A DNA stretch of 64,000 bases from the human T2T-CHM13v2.0 reference genome, Homo sapiens: assembly GCF_009914755.1 (NCBI RefSeq), contig NC_060931.1; one strand, given 5' to 3'. Every line of letters begins with the position of its first letter. Positions within the stretch are counted from its first letter, which is position 1. This document shows positions 33,790 through 48,700 of this stretch, one piece after another. The notes below the pieces were generated by a model that saw nothing but the letters and a program-made list of their open reading frames with translations, was not told the DNA's origin and did not search any database. The position numbers were made by a program, and so were the translations under genes.

Positions 33790-34475
33790 TTGATAGTTTT
33801 ATAAGAATTGTTTTATAAGATATAAAACAATTATAAAAACATCTTATATATTACAATTATAAAAAACATTTATATATTATAAAAAACAATTATAAAAAAC
33901 ATCTTATAAAAGATGTTTTATAAGATAGTTTTATAAGAATTGTTTCTCATAGATTAATTTTTCCTCATAGATTAATTAGAATCAATTAAAAGAATAATTG
34001 TCCCTAGGATAGAACAATAGAATAATTGTTTATTCTATTAATAGAATAAACAATTCTATTTATTAATAAATAAATAATAATAATTCTATTAATTATTCTA
34101 TTAATAGAATAAACTATTATATTAATAGTTTTAATAGAATTAGGGAATTAATACATCTGTAGACAACCAGAAAGGTGAAATATTATTACAGGTAATTAAT
34201 CTGGAAAAGCAAAAGAGAAGAATAACCCCATTGAAGAACAAAGCTATTGCAAAGAATACTCTGAATTTTTCATCAAGCAGCAAGAGGGTAATAAGTTACC
34301 ATCTTTGTTCCTTTATTGTCATAGGATATTGTCCTAGGATAGAACAATTATTCTATTGTTCTATCCTAGGAACTATTAATATTATTAATAGAATAAACTA
34401 TTAATAGAATAATTGTCTATTCTATTAATAGAATAAACTATTAATAGAATATTTGTTCCTCATAGATTAATTTTT
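33790..34475. repeat. AT-rich mosaic of short direct/inverted repeats containing a 159-bp copy (34140-34298) of 32710-32868
   Basis: Repeated gatagttttataagaattgttt, ctcatagattaatt, ctattaatagaataaa, cctaggatagaacaat in both orientations. Confidence 0.9.
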
Positions 34476-35029
34476 GAGACTTTTTGTGGCCTCGTGACAT
34501 TTTTGGTTTGTTCATTTATATTTTTAATTAAAAAAATTAAAAAAAATTTTATTGATAACTTTAAAATATTATGACTATGAAGTTTTAGCTCTAAAAATAT
34601 GTAACCAAAGACAATGGCCCATATACACTAAAGTCAATGTAAGATATCTAACTAGAGATCTTGTAAATTTTTGTTCATATTTATACCATAATGTACATGA
34701 AAGGAAACAAAGGCAATAATTGATGACTTCGTGTTAAGAAACTTAAGCCTAAATTAAGGCAACATTTCATTACAGCTTAGTCTTCAGAATTCTGTCTGGT
34801 TTGCCTGATTACGGTGATATACTGAAATTCTGAGATTCATTTATTAATTCATTAATTTATCCAGAACATTTATTTAGTGCCTGACACATCGAAAGTGTTC
34901 AATAAATGCTCATTACAATGTTTTATCTATACACACACATCCACACATGCATACTGCTGACATGGATTCCTCATAGATTAAGAGATTTGAACTTTGCTTT
35001 TAGAATATGTGCTATGTGATTTCATGTTT

Positions 35030-35445
35030 GTCTCATTCATTTAATAAAGAATTGAGGGTCTTTCATGAGCCAGGCAGTGTCAGACTCCAGCAATATATCT
35101 GTGGAGAAGATAGGTGGATTCTTTGCCTTCAGGGAGCTTATATTTTTTGTAGAAGAGAGAAAAAAAATGAGTGAACAGGTAAAGAAAACAACTATATATT
35201 TTGATAAGTGCCATGAAGGAAAAGTGCCCAGAGTGATTGGCCTTAAAAATTAAGTGTGTGCATGCATGCCTGTGTGTGTCTGTGTATGAATGCATGTTTT
35301 CTATATGCGGCAAAGGAGGGCTGAGGGATGGGTATTTGTGTATATGATATTGTAAATTGGGTGGTCAAGGAAGTCCTCTCCTAGAGAGAATAATGTATAC
35401 CTGAAGAATGAGAAGAAACTAACCATGTAAAAGGGTATGGAATGT
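35030..35445 (-). mobile_element. L2 fragment
   Basis: tcattcatttaataaagaattgag...ctttgccttcagggagcttatatt...gggtggtcaaggaagtcctctc. Confidence 0.65.
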
Positions 35446-37004
35446 CATGCCAGAAACAATTGTCAGGATTTAATATGACTCTTATGATAATTTTAGATTC
35501 GAAAGCAACCAAATAACCATCCCCTCCTTCTGAAGCCCCAAAGCTTAAATTACTTGACAACATTGCACTAGCCAGGACCAGACCCAGGCATGGCTGTTAC
35601 TCCTTAAAACAGAGTAAATTAAATATGTAGAGCATAAAAGCAGAAAATTATTATGTGGTGGCATTAAAGGAATGGAGTTGGAAGCTTAGAAATACCGATC
35701 TCTTGTGTCTTCACATTTTCTATTTCATCTAAACTCAGCGAAGAGTTTAAAATTGAATACAGGTAAGTTGGATTAAAAACTGTAATTCTGAGTCATCAAC
35801 AACATGTCTGAAAGGAACAACACAGCCAACTCTGGCAGCTCCTATTTTGCAGATTAGAAATTAACTACGTTGTCAGGATGAAATGGTATGTTTTATTATT
35901 GAAAAGGCAGCTCTATTAGCTTCTTTGGGCCACAAGGGCCCATTTATTTAATTACTTCTTCCAGGACACTAAGTGGATCTCTAGTGACCAGGCCAAATTA
36001 TTGCGACTTCGAAAGTGAGTGATGTATGCAATTTGACTGGTAGTAGGTTTCCTTTACTTTTCTTTCATTTATTTATTAATAAATTTTTAAAAAACAAAAT
36101 TGGGGGAATCTTGTTTCTTTTCACCTCTGCTGAAAATAACAGAAGCTGTTTTGATTCATTTCAATAATGTCATAGATATAAAAGGGAAAAGTAAGATAAT
36201 GCCCATAAATAAGAAACACAAGACTTGTTTTAGATTTTATTTTTAGAGCTTAAAACCTAATAGAGATTTTTAAATGAGAAGGTTTAAGATCAGAAAAGGA
36301 AAAGTATGCTAAAATTATTACTTTTTATAATAAAGCATGAAGAATAAATGAATTCTGAAATTAACCATGCAAGAATGTAAATGTAAGTATTGTTTTATAA
36401 AAATGTTTTTTATTTATTTAATATATTAACAAAGTTAAGGTAATGCTAAAATCTCAACAGAATCAATAATAAGAAAGGACAAAATAAAAGTTAAGACATC
36501 TCACAATGTAAATATAGGTCATGGGTAAATATCAAAGTGGAAAAAATCTATATCTTCATGACATTTAATTGGACCGTCAGATAGCCTTTCAAGCCAACAT
36601 TCTTTCAGATTCTTTATGGGTGTGGTTGGTATTTAAGTTTGCTAATGTACCATCGAGAAATTCTTACTGATGGGTTATGAATTTCATCCTTTAATTTTCC
36701 ATTCTTAATTTAGCATACTATAAAGCAGTGACAATTCTAAACCTTTAAAATGAGTTTTTGTTGCTACTCACTTTGGTTGCTTGGGATAAAAATATACAGT
36801 ATTATATAATCCCTTTCTTCAGAGAAATGAAAGCCTTTTCAGACATTATTAATTTTCAGAACTTTCCTGTAAGCTAGTTGAAAGATACTTATCACTATTC
36901 TTATTGAATGAATGGAAAAACATTTGTACAATCTGAGAACCAATCTCTTTAAGATGAATTAATAAGTCAGTAGGCATAAGGGAATAAGGGAGAACAGAAT
37001 TTAT

Positions 37005-37192
37005 GTTTTTTAACTTTTAATTTTTAAGACAGGATCTCACTTTGTGGCCCAGGCTGGAGTGCAGTGAGTTGAGTATAATGGCTATTCACAGGTATGATCA
37101 TGGTTCACTGTGGCCTCAACCTCATGGGCTCAAGTGATCCTCCTGCTTCAGCCTCCTGAGCAGTGGGACTACAGGCATAACTTGCAATTGGC
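37005..37192 (-). mobile_element. FAM (7SL-like Alu monomer)
   Basis: Retains ggctattcacaggtatgatc, the 7SL/FAM-specific segment. Confidence 0.75.
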
Positions 37193-37399
37193 TAGAAATT
37201 CCATGTGTTGACTCTTGGGATCTGGTGTTTTCCTTTGAAAACTTGCCTTGTTGATTTTAGTTATGTGGCAAATTGGCATGATTTGTCCTTCATTAAATCA
37301 TAATATATGATAATTTAGGTAGCCATCGGAATTCTGTTGGATTTTCTTTTTTCTAGCCCTCTTTCTCAATGATGGAAGGAAGGTAATAGGCAGTACTGC

Positions 37400-37640
37400 T
37401 TATGATTAAGAGCCGTTGTTTTGGAAACAGGCTCTGCTGAAAATTTGATTCTGCAACTTATTAACAGTATGATTTTAGGAAGCATACTTAATCAGCCTTA
37501 TCTGTAAAAAAAAAAAAAGATATGCATTTGCATCATATAATATCTATATCATCGTTTTTATGTAGATAGAATCAAACATTGGCTATAATGTACCTACAGT
37601 ACAGTGCCTAACACATTGAAAATGCCCAGTAAATATCAAT
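37400..37640 (+). mobile_element. MIR
   Basis: attctgcaacttattaacagtatgattttaggaagcatacttaatc...agtacagtgcctaacacattgaaaatgcccagtaaat. Confidence 0.6.
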
Positions 37641-37735
37641 TTGTATTATACAGAGAAGGTAGAAAATTGTTTCTGTTATTGTTTTATAGATTATAATTTC
37701 CTCCAGCAATAGAATTTAAATGCTAAATTATTTAA

Positions 37736-38094
<359 letters not shown>

Positions 38095-38139
38095 AACATA
38101 ATTAATATTTTAACAACTTAGTATTTGTGAGAGTATCCA

Positions 38140-38437
38140 CATTTTATTTTTATTTATTTATTTGTGATAAAGTCTCACTCCGTCACCCAGGCTGTAGTGC
38201 AGTGGCATGAAAATGGCTCACTGAAGCCTCGACCTCCTGAGCTCAAGCAATCCTCTGCTTCAGCCTCCCAAGTGGCTGAAACTACAGGTGCACGCCACTG
38301 CTGATTTCTTAATTTTTTGTAGAGACAGGGTCTCGCTCTGCTGCCCAGGCTGGTTTCAAACTCCTGAGCTCAAGAGATCCTCCCCCCTTGGCGTCCCAAA
38401 GAGCTAGGATTACAGGTGTGAGCCACTGTGCTCAGCC
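38140..38437 (-). mobile_element. AluJ
   Basis: 15-bp TSD agtatccacatttta. Confidence 0.88.
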
Positions 38438-38964
38438 AGTATCCACATTTTAGAATGATGTATTCTAAGTGCTGCTTGATAGGCCTCAACTAAAAAATAA
38501 AATTATGATTCAAATAAAATGTGTTGCAACTTTGATTAAGTATTTTAAATATTGAAGTCAAACAGACACCTCTAGTCTAAGTGACTAAAATTGATATATC
38601 GTCTTGAATACCCATATTTGAGGAGTTTTTTTGTTTTGTTTTATGTTGCACTCAAAATGCAATCCTGTTCCCCAAAATATATCAATATTCTACTTATAAT
38701 AATACATTTAACCAAAAAGCAGAACCAATTTACGCCTTCCACTGACTGTTGACTACAAACTCAGTACATATTTGTTGAGTTGATTTAATATTATGCCTTT
38801 GTAAATGAATACCCTTATTTTATGGATACTAGTCTTTAGTGCCCTGTTCAAATTCATTATATGGATTACAGCGAGACACTTCACTGATTTGTTTCTTTAA
38901 AATACATCTTATTTATCTTGTAAATAATTTAGATTTGATTGGTGGTTGGGTGTGTGGGAGTGTG

Positions 38965-39140
38965 ACTATCAGGAGGCGACCTCTTTGGGGACATAACATT
39001 GAAGCTGAGATCTGAAAATTGAGAAGGAATTAATTCGCCCAAGAAGGAGGAAAAGAGCAATTCAGGCAGAGAGAATAGCATGCGCAATGACTCCAGTGCA
39101 GGAAAAGCTTGGCATATTCAAGGATATGGATGAAGGCCAG
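38965..39140 (-). mobile_element. L2 fragment
   Basis: acattgaagctgagatctgaaaattgagaaggaatt...ttcaggcagagagaatagcatgcgcaa. Confidence 0.65.
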
Positions 39141-39778
39141 GAGTGTTGGAGTCCTTGACCAGGCTAACTCGTGAACCTGGCTGGTCAATGACAAGCTATT
39201 TGCCTGTGCTTTGAAAAGCCAGGATTTGGCTTATGTGCAGTTCTGCTTGGCTTCCAAGTATACAACCCTTCCCCTGCCAATTTGCATAGGCCCTATTTCA
39301 CAACATTGGACTCAGGAATTTCTGCTCTTAAGAGATTTCTTATTAGAATCTGACTGGCACATGAGCCACAGCAGAATAACTTTGTCTCCCTAATAAAAAC
39401 TTCCACTACTGCTACGATTTCTATTTAGCGGTATAAGAATTTGAGCACAGAATAAAAAGTAACCGGAAGAACTATGAAGATGCCATTGATCCTGGTCTAG
39501 GCTTCCTTTCTTTTGCACAGAGAAGGACAAAAATAATTTCCCTTCAGGACAGCAGCTGAGCTTTAGAGGCAATCGATGTTAAATTCAGTTTTTTGATGTC
39601 TTCTAAAATATTGATAACCAACCAGCCACAGCCTTAAACAGAGGCACAAATGATCTAGGGTCTGAGCCTATGCGTGAAATCAAATGCTGAACAGTGGAAG
39701 TCACACATATCCCCAGTGGGAAGTTAGAACTCTATTATAGACCATTCATCTCCTTCATGATAAAGAAATGCAACTCCA

Positions 39779-40124
<346 letters not shown>

Positions 40125-40129
40125 TCATA

Positions 40130-40330
40130 GATCATAGAATAAGAATTCCAGAAAAAGCTCAAAGATAATGAAATCAAATCCTCTCATTTTATAGATAGGC
40201 AGTCCCAAACAGGTTAAACGACTCTATCTATGGATGGAGATTAAATGACTTGTCTAGTGTCACACAGCTAGTCAGAGGTGAGCTGGGCTCAGAACCAAGT
40301 ACCCTAACTTCCAATTCAGTGCCTTTTCCA
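40130..40330 (-). mobile_element. MIR
   Basis: tctcattttatagataggc...ttaaatgacttgtctagtgtcacacagctagtcagagg. Confidence 0.7.
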
Positions 40331-40581
40331 TTAAGCCTTAGTGGCCCCTAAATAACCAAATTTTTATACCAATATTAAAAAGAAAAAAATAATTGAAAAC
40401 AAAATGATTCATAAGATTATATCTAATGTGGAATACTTCATAAAAAACTGCTCATGTTGAATACCTGAAATGCAATTTATAGACACAGGTGTCAGTTTTT
40501 AAATTGTGAAAATACTGGCCACAATGCGCTGACCGATATAAGTATTTTCTCATAAAATAGAGAAATATGTATATTCTGTGA

Positions 40582-41021
<440 letters not shown>

Positions 41022-44000
41022 GCCATTAGATAAGTTTAGCAAACAAATATAAATTTGAGATCAAGGAGGGAAATTGAAACTGGAGATCTTTGTTTTATTT
41101 GACAATCCATCTTTAGTCAGATTTATTCATATGGTGTGGCCATTACATGTGCAGTTTAAAGGAAGGGAAGGCATCATTCACTTCCCAATTGAATTTGATA
41201 GGAAGATCTGCCCGTTTGTCTCCAACTACCTGGAAGATATGTCTCGGTCACAGTAGAACAGTTGAGGGAATTTGCTTCAAAGTTAACTTTGACTCTGAAT
41301 TTCTTCATTCTGTTGCTTCTGTCCAGGGCAGATTGTTTGAAAGAAGTAAAACAAACACACCAGGAAAATGCTCATGAATATAATATTAATTATATTTTAT
41401 AATATGGCATGGAAAATTTAGACTTTAGATAAATGCAAATTTTTAAACGCAGACATCTCAGTGTCTTCAGCATATTTTATGCAAATAGTTGTTAAGAATA
41501 AAAATTCTAATTTCAAATGAAGAAAATTCATGACATGCATCTTGGGTTGCGGTTTAATCACTGTATACCCAGGAAGGTATCGACAGTTGTCCCGTGGAAG
41601 CTATTAAAGTTGCTGTCCAAGGTTAAATGAAATTGCAGTTTATCAGAGCAGCATTGAGAAAATAAGAGAATCTGTTCATGGCTCTTGATTAATGCCAAGC
41701 GTGATCAACACAAGGGGGTTCATTAAGCTATACATCATGTGGGTAATTTAACATGTCATTGTGCCTGCTGTCTGCTTTGACTGTGCACAGCCTAGAGTTT
41801 CAAAGTTGTATTTCTTATGCCACTAAGTTCTACACAGAAGCATCCCTCTTACTCCTTTTGCTATACATTTTCCATTATGTAGACCTACTTTGTTTCAGAC
41901 ACATTAGGCATTTCATATAAATTATTTAATGTTTGGGGGCAAAAAATGTTTCTTGACTTTTTAGTGGGTTTTCCCCACACTATATAAAATAAAACTTACC
42001 AGAAAACTCTTCCTCTTTTGAATTATTATTTCCCCTAATTTTATATATATGTATGTCTTAAAAATCTGATGTGACATGGAAAAAATATCAAAATTCTTAA
42101 CTAAATCCATGTTAATTTGTAATACTCTTAGTTATTAATACTCTTATTAAACTATAACTTTCACAGTACATATTTACAAGAAATGTTTTCTCATCATTCT
42201 CTCTTCAGTGGTTTTCTCATTACTATCAGCTTATATAGTATCCATTTTTAAAGTTGATAAGGTTTGGGCAAATATTAACTGCAAAACTGGGACTTCAAGT
42301 AGATTGTTCATAATTTTATCATGTATTGGAATGCCATTTAAAAATAATTGTTATTGCAGACATTTCCATGTCATTTAGAAAAATATACCAGACATAATAA
42401 ATGATGAAATGCTTGGTGTTTCTGCTTCAGAAATTTATTTTTCTATTACCTTGATTTTTCTGGACATAATCAAGGCTTTATCTAAAAACATAAGAGCTAT
42501 GATTTTGACTTCTAGTTTTATTTAATTTTTTTATTAATTTGCTTCACAAAATTAAATTTGCTAATATTATTACTATTGAATACAATTTGACAACTTATTA
42601 AGAAAATAAAATATTTCCATGTATGAGACTAAAGAGCTATAATTTATCATTTCATGTTATTTATTTATTTGTTATCTAATACACGGAATTCAATATAATC
42701 ATGCTTTATCACTCTCACTTAAAAGTAGGCTCTCCTAGTCACAGAAGATTTATGAGATGCAATGAACTAGAGGCCAAGATCTCAGCCATAAAGTCAGTGG
42801 TTGTTGCAAGGGAGGACATGACAAGAAAAATACGACCACATTGCATGCAACCTTAAAATAAAAATTTTGACCGCAGGTTCCATGTTGTGCTTCTTTTAGA
42901 TTCTTGTGAGTACACGTGCCAATCAGTAATCTAGCCAGAGCTCTAAAACTTCCTTAAATGTCCCACTATGACAACTGTATATTGTTGACCATGGCTTGGA
43001 ATTTTCCAGTATTTGGATTTATATGTCTAATGTCCTATGACATTGGAAGCATTAAGGATTCTTTTAAAAATGAACTCCCATATGATAATGTTATGTTTTT
43101 AAGAACAACAACAACAAAAAACCAAGGGTAATATTTTATAGAATCAAAATACACATATGAAAGAAAAGACCATCACTGATGTACAAAATACTGAGCTATG
43201 CTTATTGAGAGTGGTAACCTGGTTGACATCTACCATTCTTGGGAGGAGATTAGAATGCCATTTAAGAGCTGATGATACCAGGTGCCAGCTTTTAGAGTAC
43301 ACCTGAATAATGGAATGATATTTTAATTTCGGTCTTTTTGTTTTGTGCATTGTGAGTGTGCTATCTCAAGACTCTCAAAATAAATTGTTTAATGATTTAA
43401 ACTGGGTTTTTAAAATGTATTTTAATTATGTCCAAGATCAAATTAAAATGATGTCTAGTGAATAACAAACATTTTCAAAAGTGACATAACATAAAGTGTT
43501 TTCTTTGCTGGTATGTAAAGTAGGAAGGATGCATTTTACTTGTCAGCTTTCTGTTATAACTCCCAACCATTTATTCTAACTATATGATGGGTCTGCCCTG
43601 AAAAATACCGCAAAGATTATTCACTTGGTCAAGGTCCTCTCCTTGAATACTTTTTTAAAAAACGTACTATATTGCTTTCTGCCGCCATTAATTACTAAGG
43701 GTTTATTTACAAGACAATAATTAATTATTCCTCTGGGAAACTCAAGAGTCAACATGAATCAAAGCAGGCTTGGTAAGGAACATAGAAGTCTCACATAATT
43801 AAGCAGGGCACTGGAGACCAATTGTTTATAGAATGATTTTGCTGCAGCTAATTGACACTAATTATTTAATCTGATTTTCTTCTTCCTAGTTATTCTTCTA
43901 CAGTCACTGCTTTCTGCTAACGATGCACAGGAAAGGTGCTCTGTGCTTTCATTCAGTGTGGCCAGCCTTCCCTATAGAAAATCGATACTGATATTGATAA

Positions 44001-44107
44001 CTGACATTTTCCAACATGTTACAGAGTGTTATAGAAAACAAACCACAGAAGACATCAACAAATTATCAATAGTAAAAGTACATATCAGGCAATAACTTGT
44101 ATCTTAA

Positions 44108-44318
<211 letters not shown>

Positions 44319-45479
44319 TGAATTAAGTTTAAATCATTTTAAAAATGTGTATGAATGAAGGTGTGAAATGCGTAAAGATGCAATGAACTCAGAGTTTCCA
44401 TATTATTTTTTATGCATGAGATGAGGTAAGGACTGTGGCATGGTTAAAAGGAAAAATGCGAGTTTATGCAGCTGCCTAAGTAAAAAGAAATATTCCGATG
44501 AAGCATATGGTAAAACTTAGGGGAAAAAAATCACATGCAATCATGCTACTCTCCATACAGGATCTATGGTGATGGTTAAATGAAAAGTTGGGAAATATGC
44601 TCATTAATTAAAAAACATGCAGTCTGAATTATATTTTATGGCACCAAGTGTCTCTGTGGTTTCTGCTTGTGAACTGCTCCCTCCTCTGAATATATCTGTT
44701 CTGTGACAACATTCACGGTTGAGATAATTGAAGATGGGTATTAATTTATTGGTGTGCTGTTTTGATTTATTGGCTTTTTAACCCTCCATCATATTCAAGC
44801 TAGCTATGCAAGATTCGGTCTGTAAGTAAACTTCTAACTAAAACATTAGGAGAAACGGAATCTATGCACCCTTTGTAGTACTGTGAAGAATAATAGGTTT
44901 ACCTTTTTGTCCCTGTCATCAACCTCACTCTTTCTGTGAACACACTCCTCTCCTTGGTGATGTCCTAAATTAGCCTGTATTAGTAGTCTCTTTTCTAAAT
45001 TGCTCTCTCCTCTTTCTTTTCTTTCTCTGCCATTAACAGTTATTTAGGAATAATTTATTCCTCAATCTCTCATTCTCTATTTTTTGTAGGGACAGATAAC
45101 TAAGGGGTCAATTGCTTGATTTTTTATGTATTCATTTCTCTACGTTATTGCCAGTTCTAGATTTTATTAACATTTTGTTCACCCTAGAGTGCCCCAAAGA
45201 ACTTAGTGTAGTCAGATGATTTAGACATGAAAAGAAGTATTTCAGAATATTGTAAGAAATACAAATGGGAAATTGCAGAGTTCAGAGTGGAAGGACATTC
45301 ACCCAGCCTGAGAGGTGGAAGAGATCAGTTAAAGCATCCTAGAAAGTTGAGGAGTAGTTAGTCTCCTCTGCTTGCATCAGAGTATTTAATGTCCATGATT
45401 AAAATCCATCCCCAAGCTAAGTAGCTAAATAAGCTAAAGAGATGTAGGTGGTTCTCTTTTAGAGACACTGCGAGATATA

Positions 45480-45712
45480 ATAATTGACCTTATTTTATAC
45501 CAGCCATTGTTCTAAATGCTTTACATGCTTACGTAAATTAATCTTACAATCTCATGAAGACAAAATGTTGTGTATTTGCTTATTGATCCCCATTCTACAC
45601 ATGAGGAAGCTGAGGCACCAAGATGAAATAACCTGTCCAAGATCACATAACTGCTTAATAGTGAAACTGGGATTCAAGCTCAGGTGGTCTGACCCAAAAG
45701 CTGATTTCTTAA
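45480..45712 (-). mobile_element. MIR
   Basis: atccccattctacacatgaggaagctgaggcac...aacctgtccaagatcacataac MIR core. Confidence 0.8.
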
Positions 45713-45767
45713 ACCTGGTATCTGAAGGAGACTTGGTGATATTTTTATTCCAATATCGTTGATCATT

Positions 45768-45912
45768 GTAGTTCTAAAGTCCGGCTTCTCATTAGGATCA
45801 CTTGGTGGAATTTTAAAAATAAAACTGATCTCTGGGGAAATGCCTGGGGCCAAGGCGTGGGCACTTTCAAAGGCGCTCCTGGGGATCTTGAAGTGCAGTC
45901 GAGGCTGCTAAG
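45768..45912. mobile_element. MER5-like hAT MITE
   Basis: cattaggatcacttggtggaattttaaaaat...ctcctggggatcttgaagtgcagtcgaggctg. Confidence 0.6.
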
Positions 45913-46185
45913 GCTTGCTCTAACCCCTGAAGTGGGAGGTCCCTCTACCTGGCTCATCTCCATACCCTTCCCCCATAGTTTCTAAAGGTTGTAAAAGCAG
46001 GTCAACAATACTGCCAAAAGCAGTTTCTCAGGTGCTGATTCCCCACGTTACCCTTGGTAAGCCAAACTTTGCACATTCCAGGTCTTGATATTTGTGAATA
46101 GATCAAAACTGGCATGAATGTTGTCCTGGGACCAACCCAGGTTGGAGTCTTCCTGGATGACTAGTCCAATTTACCATTGGTGGAA

Positions 46186-46494
46186 TTTTATTTTATCTAT
46201 TCATTTTTTTTGAGACAGGATCTCACTCTGTCATCTTTACTGGAGTGCAGTGACGCAGTCTCAGCTCATTGCAACCTCTGCCTCTTGGGTTCAAGCAATT
46301 CTCATGCCTCAGCCTCCCGAGGTAGCTGGGATTACAGGCGTGTGCCACCACACCTGGCTAATTTCTGTAATTTTAGTAGAGATGGGGTTTTGCCATGTTG
46401 GCCAGGCTGGTCTCGAACTCCCAGCCTCAAGTGATCCACCCGCTTTGGCCTCCCAAAGTGCTGGGATTACAAGCGTGAGCCATTGCGCCCTGCC
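46186..46494 (-). mobile_element. AluSz/Sx
   Basis: Full dimer. Confidence 0.88.
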
Positions 46495-46679
46495 TCATGG
46501 GTATAATTTTAACAACCTGATGTCCTGGGATCCCTGGGCCTTTCTCCTTTCAAACTCCACCATTCTCCAGTGCATCCCAACCTTTTAATGTGCAAAAGCA
46601 CTTTGCCAGTCTTTGGAGAAACCTTGGAATAATAAGACCTTTCTAGGCAGATAAATTTAAGCATAATCTAATAACTTGA

Positions 46680-47998
46680 TTTATTAATTGTAAAGGGCTT
46701 TTTAAAAAACAAAACCACAAACCATTATCATGCCTAATACAATTTTTAAAATTCTTTATTAATATGATTATCAAATTGTATAAAAAGTCTTAGAGTTGGC
46801 TTATTAGAATCAGGATCCAAATAAGGTTTATGCATTGCATTTGGTCCATGTGGCTCTGATGTCTCTTTTGATATATATCAGCCCCCTCCCTCTTATCATG
46901 CTATTTATTTGTTGAAGAAACTATGGGGCTATTTCTCCTATAGAATTACCCATGTTTTATATTTGGCTGCTTATAATCTCCTGACATTTAGCATATTCTC
47001 TATTCTCTGTATTTTCTGTAACTTGCCAGTAAGATCTAGGCCCTTGATTACTGTGGATTTTGATTTTTTGCAAGCATTCTTTGTAGGTGTGTGTATTTTC
47101 TACTGTATCACAGCAGGAGGTACATAATGCCTGGCTATCCTGCTTTTAGTGAATAAGATTTATCAGTGAGTTCAAGTATTTCCAGTCTGAAACCTCCATT
47201 ATAAAGTTCCCCATCAACATTTTACCTGATGGCTTCAGCTGCCATTGGATAGTTGCAAGATCAATTATTTCATCAGGGATTATAAAATGGTTACATTCTA
47301 ATTCAGTCATTCCTTCTGCACTTATTAGCTAGATTTCTTTTATAAAGGAGAGCTTTTACTCATCAACTATTTAATTGATCTGAATCAGTTTGTTAAGAAA
47401 ATGTTTAAAATGGTGGATTTTTTGCCTACCAATTTTCAGAGTAATGAATTTGATGTTCTGGTAACTTTTAAAGATAACTCAAATTCTTTGGTAGTATTTT
47501 AACAGCTTTCAGTGCGTTGTGGCTATTACTGTTTTCCATACTGACATTGGCCCATTTTCAGATGGGAGACCCTTTTCAAGTTGACTGCTATGTACTTTTG
47601 ATATAACTCTAGTAGACTTTGATAGTATCCTTGCTTTCAGATATCATAGGCACATTCTGTGTAATACCAGCCCTGGAATCAGCCCTAGTTCCTTTTTATT
47701 GGGAAGTGGTATTTAAAGGTCACAATCTGGGCCTTAGGGGTGCTCACTGCTACTGGTTGTACGTCATTGCTTCTAATCTTTTTAATAGGCAGATATGATA
47801 TTTTTTAAGAAAGAGAGAAATACATTAAAAATGTTTATTATTTTCAATCCAAATATAAAATTGCAGTTTTTAAACTGATTTTTTAAAAAATGTATGATTG
47901 TATTTTTCTTGTAACAGAAAATGTTTCGTAATAACATTGACATAACCCATAATCACTTATTTGCTTTGTTCTTTTTTCTCTCTCCTTCCATATGTATA

Positions 47999-48034
<36 letters not shown>

Positions 48035-48700
48035 AATACATACATATAATATTTCTACTAGCAGCTCTTAGTAAGGAGCTCTTAAAATGAATGCAGTAAG
48101 GAGCTCTTAAACTGAATGCAGTTTAATATTTTATTGTGGTTCCTTTTGTCTTTTTGATATATACTACTAGAACTGTATCATCATTTACTTCACTTTAAAG
48201 TCATTAGAAATAATTAACATGACTATGTTATCATAATAATGTATAGCTAGATTCATTTGTTTCAGTATGTTTTCAATTTTAAACGACTCCCTTTTAAAAA
48301 AGTTTATTTTAAATTATGTAAAAAATTTACATATTTCCCAAGTTAAAACCATAAAAATAATTTAGAGAGCTCTAACTTCCACCTTAGTTCTCTTCTTTTC
48401 TTTCTATTCTCATGTAGGTAACCATTTTTATTAGTTTCTTGGGTTATCCTTCCACAGTTTCTTTAGCAAGCACAAATACACATACGTATACGTGCACACA
48501 CCCACCCCCCCACCCAAGTGCATGAGTATTTTTTCCTCTTCTTACATAGAGTTAGTCAGTAATACATATACTCTTCTGCCCCTTGTTTATTTCACCTAAT
48601 GATATACCCTGGGGGCTCCCTCCACCACAGAGTTTAGAAGCCTTCCTTTTCACTTCTCATAGCCACAAAGCACTGCATGGTATGGGTGGCCACAATCGGC
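46680..48700 (-). mobile_element. Old L1M (MC4/ME-like) fragments
   Basis: gaatcaggatccaaataaggtttatgcattgcatttggt; ccctggaatcagccctagttcctttttattgggaagtggtattt; ggtaaccatttttattagtttc. Confidence 0.6.
47992..48046. repeat. (TG)n(TA)n microsatellite
   Basis: Directly visible. Confidence 0.9.

Noticed and set aside
33790-34475. CRISPR-like or VNTR array
   Set aside because: Eukaryotic context, no constant repeat-spacer period, units in mixed orientation.
34967-34981. ttcctcatagattaa matching the scar boundary at ~34457
   Set aside because: A 15-bp AT-rich match could be related, but I cannot distinguish it from chance by eye.
35739-35762. 24-nt microexon (cag|...CAG|GTAAGT)
   Set aside because: Weak polypyrimidine tract and no coding context; expected by chance.
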